The notes below the pieces were generated by a model. That model did no database searches, was not told the origin of the DNA, and was given only the letters and a program-made list of their open reading frames with translations. A DNA stretch of 63,505 nucleotides, filler included, from Nemertoderma westbladi (taxonomy: Eukaryota > Animalia > Xenacoelomorpha), in NCBI GenBank assembly GCA_032718475.1. It is 4 parts of 4 records of this genome, joined end to end, with 100 filler letters (N's around TTAATTAATTAA, not from the genome) between each part and the next. Parts side by side here need not be neighbours in the genome. Positions count along the whole stretch, not along the records: positions 30,758 to 54,615 come from JAUCBJ010001889.1; 3 more parts are not named here. One strand, given 5' to 3'. This document shows positions 39,801 through 51,707 of this stretch, one piece after another (position 1 is the first letter of the stretch; each line of letters starts with the position of its first letter). The position numbers were made by a program, and so were the translations under genes.

Positions 39801-42800
39801 TCAACTGGAAGCAATATCTTAATGTCAGCAGAACCAGTAAAGATTCCATCAAGGTAAACCCATTGTCTTTGTACATCAATCCACATATCGAAAGTCTCAT
39901 GGATCCTGTTGAGTTTATTTTCCCAGCTGAGCGCATCATCTTCAAACACTTTAAAATATGGAGATGCCTTCATGGCAACTATACTGGTAATGTGTTCATT
40001 AACTTGTTTGAAAAGTTCATCCCAGCCTCGAATCACTTGGCAACGGTTGTGATAATTTACTAGTTGTAATTCATAAGAGAGCCAGCAATCTCGGAGTTGC
40101 TTTAAAAATTCTTCAAGAGCAGTTTCGCCTTGAGCAACTGATAAAACATCGCGAATAATTCTTTCATTTTTTATTAAGTTAATGTTCCAAATATGCCCTA
40201 TCGTTAATTCAGAAAGTGTCCAGAACATATCCAGTTTCTTCATCAATGTCTTCCAATGACGTTCCCTCAGAGAATTTGATTTTAGTTCAGTAACCAGAAT
40301 ATTGGCCTTCGTATAATCTCGCAAAATGGATAATATATGCTCAAAGGAGGCGTACTGGCGGAGTTTTGCAGGAAGACTCTTTAGTTGAACTATAAGGCTG
40401 TCTAATTGCTGTCTAAGTTTTCGGGGATTGACACTAAGCCATGGTTGTTCTTTTAATATTTCAACCTGTTCCCAGACTTTGGCTAACTCCAGCCACACTG
40501 TTTTCAAATCGAGAAGTTCTTCCACGGCGACATTCATTTTTTCTTCATTAATAGTAATATGGCCAGGCTCTTGAAGATCAAGGGCCTCTTCTGCCTTTGT
40601 TAAGTTTTTTCTATCCTCTTGCAGTTGGTTGAACTTTGTTTCGAATATTGTCAATTGCGTAGTAGCATCATCTGGAAGAAGTTCTTCACTTATAGGCTTA
40701 TTCCTATCCCACTCAGAAAGAAGAATTATAGTTCTGTTTTCTATTTGTTTGTGTTCATGTGCAATTTTAGCTTGAAGCAGAGCAACTTGTCCCTGTATAG
40801 ATTGGTCCTTTCGTTTTAATATATCTGTAAACGCACTCCACTCACCATAGATGTTATCAGAATATAACCATGCTGATGGAAACTGGTAGCGTTGCTTTTC
40901 CAGCAGCTTTTGGCTTTCCCCAAATACGTCTATTTGCTTTTCCCAGTGTTTAACTTTTCGTTTGAGAGTTTGGACATATGTAATAAACTCGACTGCCTCG
41001 GTTGTAGTGGCAGTCTCAATATTGTGTGCTTCCAGATCACCTCGACTTTTTATAACACTACTGTGCCACGAGTGCATTTCTTCACCTAACAACTTTCCAA
41101 AAAAGGAGAGCAGATCTTTGTGGATTTGGTCATATTTCAGACTGACTTTCACCTGAACTTTACTGAAATCTATAGTTAGAGCTCCAAATCTCTTTGTTGT
41201 TTCTGCTGTATCAAATGTGCTTCGAGATTTTTTAATTTCAGAAAGAAGCTGCATCCATCTTTCAATATGCTTCCCAATTTTATTTTCTACGGTTTCTGTT
41301 GTGAGATCCCACAAGCTTTGAAAAAAGAGCCATTTGTTAACATATATAGTTAAATGGCTCATTATATTTTCAATTGTTTTGTATGCACCTAATAGTAAAT
41401 TAGATCCACTGGGACATTTCCTTAAAACACTCCGATATGAAACATCAGATGAAACCTGTTCAACTCCAATCTGGTACCTCTCACTGCGTATTCTTGGCAG
41501 ATTAAGTACTCTATCTTCCCAACCGTGGAGAGACTTGTATAGGTCTTTACGAACATCCGGTATGCCAGGGTGGAAATGAATTTCTTGATTTTTTAGTCGA
41601 AACTCATACAGCGATTCTTCAATTTGGGGACTACCTCCAGGAGAAAATATAATTTCATCCCTTCCTTCATCATCTGCCTGGGGTTTTTGGTCGAGTATTA
41701 AAGCGCTCTTCCATGCTTCAATCCCATGTTCAAGTCGTGCTGCCAACTTATCTTCAATAAAATCATTAATTTTGGAAACCCAAATAGGTAAATTTGAATA
41801 TGAGTGTAAATTGAGATCGTCAATTGAGCTCTGTATATGAGATAGGATCCCTGAAAATTCCTTAAATCCATATTCACACGTGTCAAGAGCAGCCAACTCA
41901 CATTCAATTTTATTAGTGTTCCAAAGAAGGTTGTCAACTTTTTCTTGGTAGTTAGAAATCGCCTCACTGAATTTTCGCACGTAGGGATCAAGTTTGTGAG
42001 ATTCCCATGTTAGACTGCTTCCTTCAGAAATCAACCCTTGGATTTCTTTTTTCAATGCCGCAACAAGCATTGCCGATTCTGAATTTCCATCTAGAATTGC
42101 ATTAGTTATGTTGTATGTTTTTAACGATTCTATTAAGGAAATAGCAAAAGGGTATAACTGGTTGGCATGATGAGATTTGTTTAAAATTCCAAGTGGAAAT
42201 CGATATCCAAGCCATTTCATATGTCGGACTTCTTTTGATAGCTGAATTACATCAGTAGCAAAATTAACCTTCAAATGATATATTTTATTTGAACGTGATC
42301 TAACTGATTCAATATAAAATATTTTCCCTGAAACTAGAAGATGTTTCTGTTGTGTTTTCTGCACCCACTCCTCGAACAACCCTTGAGTTGATAACTTTTT
42401 GCGGAATGAATCAGAATCGCTTTTTAACTTCTGACCCTCAACGTGATTCTCCCATCCTCTACCTAGAACATCTTCAACACGCTTCATAAAGAAACTAAGT
42501 TGCCTTGTAATTTGATGAGCCCAAATTATACCCCCAGCCACCGGTGGTACATCATGCATTCTGCTCATTTGAAAGGCTTTACTGTTGGGGTATCCTTCCT
42601 TAAACTTTTCATGTAGATTTTCAATATCTTCCTTAACTCTAGAAATCAGTTGGGCCTGGTATTCCCGAATTGCACCCATAATCCGACCTCGAACAAATAA
42701 TGCATTAAAGCGTGAAAATATCCGAAACATTTCGTTAGAGTTTTTAGCCGTCCCTAACTGATCTCTAAGCCGAGATGTAATTCTGGCTTCAACCCTGTCT

Positions 42801-44434
42801 ATTCGCTCATCATAGCGTTTAAGTGATGCTTCCCAGGCATCATTGCCTTCTTTTGACAAATCTAAAATTTCAATTTCCTTAACATTATCATACGAAATAT
42901 TGACTTCTTCTATAGCATTTGCATCAGATGTTTCCAGCATCTCATATGGTATTCCTGGACTCTCATTTCCTTTACCAGGATGAATTCCTGACCGTAAGAC
43001 GCGAGTTATAACAGTTCGAAGTTGCTCATGTTGATTTCGAAACTTCTGCAATTGTTCTAACCTATTCTGGAGTTTCTTATGAAATAGAGTAACTAGCCTC
43101 GGAATTTTTAGTGAGGCCCCTCTTTTTGTCTTCAATATTTCTCTGAAAAGTTGTTGAAGACTCGCAAAGTCATCCTCCCACTTTGTAAACACTTTAAGAG
43201 CCTCAGAAATTAGCATCTCGAATTCCCCATATGTGATGTGCATCAATCTGCGAGTGCTGAGAACTTTCAGCATTTGAGAACTGAGATCTTTTGAAATAGC
43301 CTCGATCAAATGCAGACTCCTAGTAATCGGATACTTTGTGGTTTTAATTTTTCTCAAGTGAAGAAAAATGGCTTCAAGCGAGGTTTTAATCGACTCCAAA
43401 TCTGTAGCAGCCAAGAGGTCGTTTAATCTTAATGGAAAATCTTTCATGAGTGGATTATAGTTCTCAACAGTTGCTAATGATTGCCTCAGGAATGTATCAT
43501 TGTCAAAGCTAACTGTTGCTAAAAACCGTTTTCCATTCTTTAAGACGTCCAATGTTAACTGAACATCTGGACCCTCTCGAGTCTCTTGTATTTTCTCCAA
43601 TGCTCTTTCCATATTCAACCAGAAGGTGACCTCTTGTAGAGCAGTTCCTGAGGAAGGGTCACGGTCTAACTTTGTGACTTTTTGTATTTCTCGAATCCAT
43701 CGATTTACTCCATTTTGAAGCAAATTAAGGAAACTAGAGTCATCAGCTTTGTCACCGAGATCAACACTTCGTGCTGTTCTTTGGTGAGATTTCGCCTCAA
43801 CTACAGCCGCATGTATAGCCGGATTGATAGACAAGCTAATTTCCGGAATGTCAATATTCTGTTGAAGGTGTCTTAAACCCATCTCCAGTTCAGCAATATT
43901 CTTCTCAACGCTTGCAGCCATTTTACAGTCATCATGATTTGACTTCCCAGTGAGAATAATGTAACTCTTGAATAATGGGGCCATAGCATTTGCCACATAG
44001 CTATGAAGATTGTCATAAACCGATCCCGCTGTGAGTTTTGTCACTCTTATTTGATTTCCTAGATTTTTGTCAGCTTCCAGGATATTCCCTCTTTTTATCA
44101 ACATAACACTGGATTTTTTAGCTGTGTCGTAACATATCTCAGGTAAAATGTTATAAACGACCTTCTCAACTATGTCTTCCTCTTCTTCGTCTTTAACGAC
44201 AGTTTTTGTTATCATAATTCCTTTTGTATTTGAATCGATGGCGAACTTTCGGAGTGTGGGAGTAGTTTGTGTGGAAGACAACATTAACATAAATTCTGGA
44301 GAAGGTTTTGCTCCAAAGTCGTCAAGTAAGGGAGGGACAACGCGTTCGATGTAGTTGTTAAGAACAACAATGTCAACAACCTGCAACTCTGTCTCTCTTT
44401 GAGGTAAATCCTCTGGAGTATCTACATCAGCCAT
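30811..44434 (-). CDS. DYNC1H1: Cytoplasmic dynein 1 heavy chain, uninterrupted ORF of about 4540 aa, 3'-truncated by the contig end
   Basis: P-loops [24 protein letters not shown] and GVSGAGKT; tail motifs [26 protein letters not shown] and [13 protein letters not shown]; stalk region; C-terminal [17 protein letters not shown]. The residues after SSF in the ORF track derive from the adapter. Confidence 0.98.
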
Positions 44435-45101
44435 AGTATGTCGGTCTCTAATGTGATTGTCAAGTTCTTGTCATAATATAAATAGCGTAAAATTCCCCTT
44501 ATTGTTTGTATATTTTTTTGTAATTTGTTCTTGTTTAATTTGTTTATAGTAATATTATTCAAACGACTTACAAATATTATAGTTAAAAAATTATGTATTA
44601 ATTTTTGTATTTGATATATTGTAAACGATTTATTGAAGGCATAACAACTTGGCACTTAAGGGTAAATAAATTACAATAAAATCTGGCACTGAATCTACAA
44701 CACATTCAATTTCTATTCCATTGTGATACGCCCCCTATACAAAGTCGCAAAACAGATATATGAAGAATTCCTTTGGAATACACTAGGTGGGATCGAAAAC
44801 TATAAACTGTCCCTCCCTACTTGCGTGTTATACACAAGATACACTAGGCTTTCATTCCTCTGTCACTCGTATACAGTCCACGCAAAATACAGCACCATGG
44901 TACAAATGATTATATTACTTTACATCACCAGTTACATGAGTACATTGAGTTCTTTAATTTAATTTAATTTAATTTTCTGTCTTATTTTACAAGCGTTTAA
45001 AAAATATGATGAATCGAACAATATCAAACTTTTGTTTAGCCACACCCCAACTATTTGTCTTTCCAAAAATAAATTATATCTTCTAGAATTTGTTGTATGT
45101 T

Positions 45102-45723
45102 TGTTAGTATCGGGAAGTTTGAAAATCTCGAACATTAGTGGGACTGGGAGTGTCCTATTGCTCTAAATGATTTTCATAAAACTGTGACGGGATCCAGGAG
45201 GGATCCCGATTTATCCGATGTGGTAATTTAGTCCACGCGTCCCCGCCGTGTATAAGGGTGAAATAAAGTAACTGAGTTCTGAAGTTCGGTGTATAATAAT
45301 AATAGGGCATAGGATATAGATATAGATATAATGTGTACAAGGCGGGATACGGTAACTAAAGTCCCGTGATCCCCTAACTAAACTAATTGACTACCAACCT
45401 ACGCTAGCACTGCTACACTGAGATAACTGAATCACTGATTAATAGGTTATTGGTTATATTGCACGGTGGCCTTACTGCTACTCAATCGATGCCATTCCCC
45501 CCTCTGATTGGTTAATACCCTTGTTGGCGCCCCGTGGAGTATTCCCGTTCACTCCACCTGTTCTCTCTGGGTTAGGGGTTTGGCCCCTGACCCTCTATTG
45601 TGTGCTTCCTTCCCACTCTCATTGGGATGGCACGAGTTGGTTTATTGCCCAATCTCGTGGCTCCCAATATTGCTTATCGGCTTATAACTTTATGGGGTGT
45701 TGGCGGGATTGAATAAGCTAACA
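45102..45723 (-). repeat. 3' LTR (622 bp)
   Basis: Inverted termini TGTTAG (45102) and CTAACA (45718-45723). On the minus strand it is preceded by the polypurine tract GGGGGGGAG (45724-45732). The partner LTR is not in the window. Confidence 0.75.
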
Positions 45724-46306
45724 CTCCCCCCCATGCTATCTTCCCGGTAAGAAGATAGCATCAACCTAAAAAGTGCGTTACAATCCCGCTGGATCCCGAT
45801 CTAGTATCGGGTGTGGGGTGGAATTCTTTTCTCTAGGAGCCGGCTTTCCAGGCCGCCCCCTATGGGTATGATAACGCTACCCTGTGTGCCTGGCGTCTCA
45901 TGTCGGGCCGATCGCGCTCACCTCCCACGCAACTTTTGTTTCCCCAACATTTCCGCCCTACCTCACCTTCACTCTCACCATAACTCTCTCACATTCGGAC
46001 CTCCTCGTCCTTTACTCAGCCTCTTATTCTCCCCCCCCCCCCCCACACTGAAATTGCATCGGCACTCTCTCCGCACTCCGCACTATTACTCCGTCCCTCA
46101 ACCTCACTTCGACTGTCTCTTCCCTTCTGACGAATCTCCCCCCCCTCTCGTGCCGTCGCACTCAAGAAGTGTGAAATTGTCTGGCGTCTCGTCCATAGTG
46201 CCATAGTCAGTTATCCCCGAGTCCCACTAGCTAGTTGAGAAAGGTTGTATGACTATAGTACTTACTCCGATCGTGTATTTTACTGCTAATTACTACGTAC
46301 GTACAT

Positions 46307-47714
46307 TAGGGCGGTGCGTTTTTTACTTTTTTTCGATTTCATTGTTCTACCGGTGCACAAAAGTTGCCAAATGGTAAAAAAATAAGGCAAAAAAAATTTC
46401 TTTAAATTTCGTCTATGTCTTCACGGATCCCAAGAGGGTTGAAATTTTGTGCCATCGCGATGCACCATAATGAAATTTATAACAATATAACACATTGATT
46501 AAAGATCAATGACTCAAAAAAGAACTTCCTGCATGCATCAAATGTCATCACATGGGTCCAAACTTAGTTAGATACCAAAATTTTAATTTTTGGATTAAGG
46601 GAAGTAGTGCCACAGGCACATGACCAGAACTTACTCTTTGGCGCAAGTGATGATTATTCTCAATTTTGGTGATGGACAACTTTTAGTTCTCCTACGGCAT
46701 TAATATTATGCTCATTAGAACCGCAATGACCGATTTAGTGGGGGTAGACACCATCAAAATAAGCATAGAGCGAATAGTTCTTGAGATATTACAGAAAATG
46801 TTAATTACGGCACAAGTCAACATTACTGCCTTGATGATTTATAGACAAATACACAAAAATGTTACTTCTATTTATCTTAAGGCATCAAAAATAGACATAA
46901 CACTGCAACAAATTGATTTAGTGTATACAGGGACCTTCAAAATTAAAGAGTAGTGATTAATTCACTATAGTTTTTGTACAAAATGTGTGGAATGGGTCAA
47001 TTTAATATCAAGTAGTAATTGGTGGATATAGTCTTGACATTTCGTAAAATAACTCAAGAACTAATGACTCTACTCTTATTTTGAAGGTGTCTTCACCCAT
47101 TATATCGATCATTTCTGTGATGTGTCTATTATTGATTCCTTGAGATAATTCAATATATCATTTATAGTGTATTTGTCCATATCACATCAAGGCGGTAATG
47201 TAGACTTGTGCCGTACTTCACATTTTCTGCGATATCTCAAGAACTATTCGCTCTACGTTTGTTTTGAAGGTGTCTACCCCCACTAAATCGGACATTGCGG
47301 TTCTAATGAGCATAATATGAATGTAGTAGGAGAACTCAAAGTTGGCCATCGCGAAAATTGAGAATAATCATCACTTGCGCCAAATGGTAGGTTCTGGCCA
47401 TGTGCCTGTGGCACTAGTTCCCTTGACCCAAAAATTAAAATTTTGGTATCTAACTAAGTTTGGACCCATTTGATGACATTTGATGCATGCAGGAAGTTCT
47501 TTTTTGAGTCATTGATCTTTCTACAAAGTGTTATATTGTTATACATTTCATTATGGTGCATCGCGATGGCACAAAATTTCAACCCTCTTGGGATCCGTGA
47601 AGATATAGATGAAATTTAAAGAAATTTTTTTTGCCTTATTTTTTTACCATTTGGCAACTTTTGTGCACCGGTAGAACAATGAAATCGAAAAAAAGTAAAA
47701 AACGCACCGCCCTA
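46307..47714. mobile_element. Non-autonomous hAT-like foldback element (1408 bp) nested in the LTR element
   Basis: TIRs start TAGGGCGGTGCG and stay highly similar for over 500 bp. There is a perfect 8-bp TSD ACGTACAT at 46299-46306 and 47715-47722, and no transposase. Confidence 0.92.
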
Positions 47715-47846
47715 ACGTACATACAATTGCACTTATATGATTATTTGCATTAATTAAATTTGTATTTAATAGTTCGTACGTTCCATGCGGCGCCTTCCAG
47801 GCGCACCACTTTCCAGTCTCAGTCTCACTCCCTCGTCTCTGGGAAC

Positions 47847-50377
47847 TTATCTGTTCCTCCTCACGTCCTCTTCCCTGGCCCGTTTCTTGGTTATCACCGC
47901 TCCTCTGGCATCATCCGCTTTCTGCTTCCGGACCTTCGCCGCCACTTCCTTGCTGATCCCGGTCGTTGGCTCCTTGGGCGCTGGTGTTATTAATGCCCGA
48001 TACCGCTTCGCCGGTGGCCCCTCAGAATGGCCTGGTTGTCTCCCTCGCGTGGCGTCCCATAGGATCATTTTCATTGCCTTTGGTACGTGTTCCGCCAAGA
48101 AATCCCTAAACTCCCTCCGGTTCTCTGGTGTCCACCTGGTCAGGTACCGTTGCGTGTTCATAACTCCGGCGAACGACGCCGCCGTTGCTACCTCTTGATA
48201 GGTAAACGGTAACCTTCGCTTTATGATTTCCATGTGGGTCTCCTGGTTTATGAGGAAGAAACCCCACTTGAACTCCTGGGCCTTCATGCGCTGGCGCGTC
48301 ATGGCCCCGACGTCGGCCCACTCCTCGAATCTTGTGAACTTCTCCTCGTCGCTCATCCAGTCGCACTCGCGCCCGTAGTGTCCCCGAAAGTGGCACTTTG
48401 GACATCGGTTATGCAACCGTGGACACGCCCCCATCCTGTGGCTTGGTTCTCTACAGTAGAGACAAAAGGTTCCCCGTTGGAACCGGTATAGGCAACTGCT
48501 TTCCTGATGGGTCTGTCTCCCACAGTAGTCGCAGCCGAGTACCAATGTCTCCCGTCCCACCTCGTCTTTCGTCCCAAGCGATCTCCGCGGTCTATGGAGT
48601 CGCTGGTAGGCGAACTTCTCTACGTTGCTCTCCCTGTTTACGTCGATCTCTCCGCCCCTCTCGGGCATCGTCTCCCCGAATACTATCCGTGGTGCCGTTC
48701 CCGGTTGCTCGCCCAACCTGATGGTGCTCCCCGCGAAATCCATCGCCGGCTCCTCGTGCACCCAGGTCCGCTTGCCGGATCTGTTCCAGAAGGCCCTCGC
48801 CCCACTGGCTGTCACCACCCTTCCGCCAACCCAGTCCGTGTCCGAGTGGCCTATCCTCTCGATGGGCGGCATCTCTCCGAACTCGTCGTCGCCGTCCTCC
48901 TCTTCTGGTAGTGTCTCCAATCCCGGTATCCCGATGGATCCACTATGTCCCTTCCCGCCTTGACTCTCGCCCGTAGCTCTCCATCCCTCTAGCTCCCTTA
49001 ACTTCCTTGGCGGTTGGTCGCCCTCGGCGCCCGCTGGTATGGGCATCGTTTGCAACCCCGACGTCGACTGTTTCGGCGATCCCACCGTCCATCCCAATTC
49101 TCGCCCTAGAGACTCCCCCGAACTCCCTGACGAAGTCCAATGAAGTTCGTCTAGGCCCGCCTGTTCCTCGAAGCCGTAACTCTGTGCCCTGGCCTCCTCT
49201 TCCCTCTCCTCTGCTTCTATCCTCTCCCGTCTAGCAACTTCTTCCAGTCGCTTTGCTTCTCGTCTGTCCGCCTCTAGCTGCTCCCATCTCTGATACGGTG
49301 TATCTGTCTCCCCGTCTACCAGATGTCGGCTGTTGTAGTACACCGACTCGCCCTTCAGCCCCGGGTGGTCTACCAGACCGTCAAAGGCCGTCTTAAAGGC
49401 TCTCCTGTAGCTTAGGGGTGATCCCGATAACAGAAATGCCCCTGGTTCCCTTTCGATAACTACGGTCATGAATAAGTTAAGCAAACTTATCATCATCCAG
49501 TCCTCCTGCAGGATATATCGCTTCTGATATACCTTTATCGCTCCTCTACGAAACTGATATACCTCCTGCTTTCCCGGTCTCGCTCCCCACTTCAGCGAGT
49601 TCGCTAGTTCTGCTCCGTATTCTTCCCTAAACTTCCCCCAATCCATTGGTTTGTGGCATACGAGCCCCAATAATTGGCCCATCGCCACCGCCCCGCATTG
49701 GCCTGTGTTTTCGACTACCCCCAATCCATCCGGTGCCGTCATAGCCATAAAGACTTTCTGCATATCCAGCATATCGTGTCCGGACCGATGATCCTCTCCG
49801 CGTCCTCGCGAATCGCCGATCCCACTTTCGTCGTCGACTTCTCCCTTACTAAGACTTGTACCGCTTTCGGTAATCGGTCTAATTTCGGCCCGTCCTTCTT
49901 CCCATACGTCCCTAGGTCGAATAAGAAGATGTCCCCATTTGGCGCGGCCAAATGTAGGAGTATGGTCCTGGCCGACCCTGCCGTTCCTCGTCTTGAACCC
50001 GCTTCGTCTTCCACGGTTCCCTCGTCATCTAGGATCATATATCCTCCCCTGTTGACGGACTCTATGAACCTCTTCCAGTCCTTCCTCGGTGATTCCCTCG
50101 GGTACTTCGGAATCCCGAACTTCGCCTCGTCCCCTTTCACCACGTAGTGGAAGTGTTGGAAGATCGCGTTGTCCAGCGACGGCGTTCCGTAGGTCCCGAC
50201 CAGCCGCTGCTCGTGCATCTCCCGGAAGTGGTCCTGCAGCGCTCGTGCCGCGTGACCCCTTTCCAACTTCTCGTAGTATCCTCTCGTCTTCTCTTCCGGG
50301 TGTCTTTCGGTGAAATCCACCAGTATTTCTTTTCCTCCTGACTCCGCCTTTCTCTTCCTGATCAGCTTACTCGCCAT
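47847..50377 (-). CDS. Accessory ORF of the LTR element: predicted DEDDy 3'-5' exonuclease plus three CCHC zinc knuckles (about 840 aa, one frameshift near 49775)
   Basis: ExoI-like ILDDEG, LHLAAPNGDIFLFDL, LPKAVQVLV, ExoII-like KVGSAIREDAERI, then in the next frame LDMQ, LLGLVCHKP and ExoIII-like YQKRYILQED. Knuckles CDYCGRQTHQESSC, CLYCREPSHRMGAC and CPKCHFRGHYGREC. Confidence 0.7.
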
Positions 50378-50879
50378 TCCGAACACTACACTCGCTCACC
50401 TGCAGGGTGGTGCCTTACCAAGGCGCAATACAGATGAGTGAAGTATTTAAGATGTTTCGTACAGTTCGATAATGGCCTACTTTCTACTTAATTGCGCCTT
50501 TCAAGCTAAATTTAACCTAATTAATTTCGGAGCTAGTAAATCAGCCTAATTTACAATTTCCGTCCGTTACTTTTATTATGTTCTAGAACGACTTTCCTTG
50601 TGTTGCCACTATTTTACGATTTTAGCCCTATTCTATTTATTTGTTTGTTTGCTTTGATTCTACTGTCCTACTACCTACTACTGCCTATGGATTTATTCTA
50701 TTCTCTGATCCATATTCTGGCCTACTCTGTGGGCCCATGCAGTACAGCAGTATGCGTCGTGTGGCCACACGATTTATCCAGCTGTACTCATATGCCCCCC
50801 TCTCGCTACTAACTCTACTTACTGCTAACTAATATCTATATCCTATTTACCCCTTTTACCTCTCACTCTCTCTCTCTAA

Positions 50880-51550
50880 CTAATGGTACTACGTACCCCC
50901 TAACTCTAACTCTAACTAGGTACCACGTACCTACTAACTCTAACTCTAACTAGGTACTACGTACCTACTAACTCTAACTAACTATTGGTACTACGTATCC
51001 TCTAACTCTAACTCTAACTAGGTACTACGTACCTACTAACTCTCTAACTATCGGTACTACGTACCCTCTAACTCTAACTAACTATTGGTACTACGTACCC
51101 TCTAACTCTCTAACTATCGGTACTACGTACCCTCTAACTCTAACTCTAACTAGGTACTACGTACCTACTAACTCTCTAACTATCGGTACTACGTACCCTC
51201 TAACTCTAACTCTAACTAACGGTACTACGTACCCTCTAACTCTCTAACTATCGGTACTACGTACCCTCTAACTCTAACTCTAACTAACGGTACTACGTAC
51301 CCTCTAACTCTAACTCTAACTAACGGTACTACTTACCCTCTAACTAACTAACTAACTCTAGGTACTACGTACCTACTAACTAACTAACTCTAGGTACTAC
51401 GTACCTACTAACTAACTAACTCTAGGTACTACGTACCTACTAACTAACTAACTCTAGGTACTACGTACCTACTAACTAACTAACTCTAGGTACTACGTAC
51501 CTACTAACTAACTAACTCTAGGTACTACGTACCTACTAACTAACTAACTA
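50880..51550. repeat. Array of 20 short palindromes GGTAC-TAC-GTACC with a 32-36 bp period, separated by CTCTAA/CTAA microsatellite spacers
   Basis: Copies counted from 50885 to 51521. The last six are identical 32-bp units. Confidence 0.95.
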
Positions 51551-51707
51551 TTATTTTTATTTTATTTTATTTTTATTTGTGTGGGAAGGGCGTCTCGCCC
51601 TCAATCCCACCCCCCTCAGTCCAAAACTTGGACGACTAAACTCCACTCTAACTCCAATTTAAGGTGCCCCTTCTAGAAGACAGGTAACACCTCTGCCCGC
51701 ACCTTTT

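Noticed and set aside
31227-44354. Numerous short ORFs overlapping dynein (and similar ones opposite gag, the RTEs and RPS3A)
   Set aside because: They are antisense or alternative-frame shadows with no recognisable motifs.
45760-46300. Possible further ORF between the nested foldback and the PPT
   Set aside because: Only short frames broken at G runs, with no recognisable motif.
50880-51550. CRISPR-like appearance (palindromic repeats at regular spacing)
   Set aside because: The spacers are low-complexity and mutually similar, there are no cas genes, and the context is eukaryotic.
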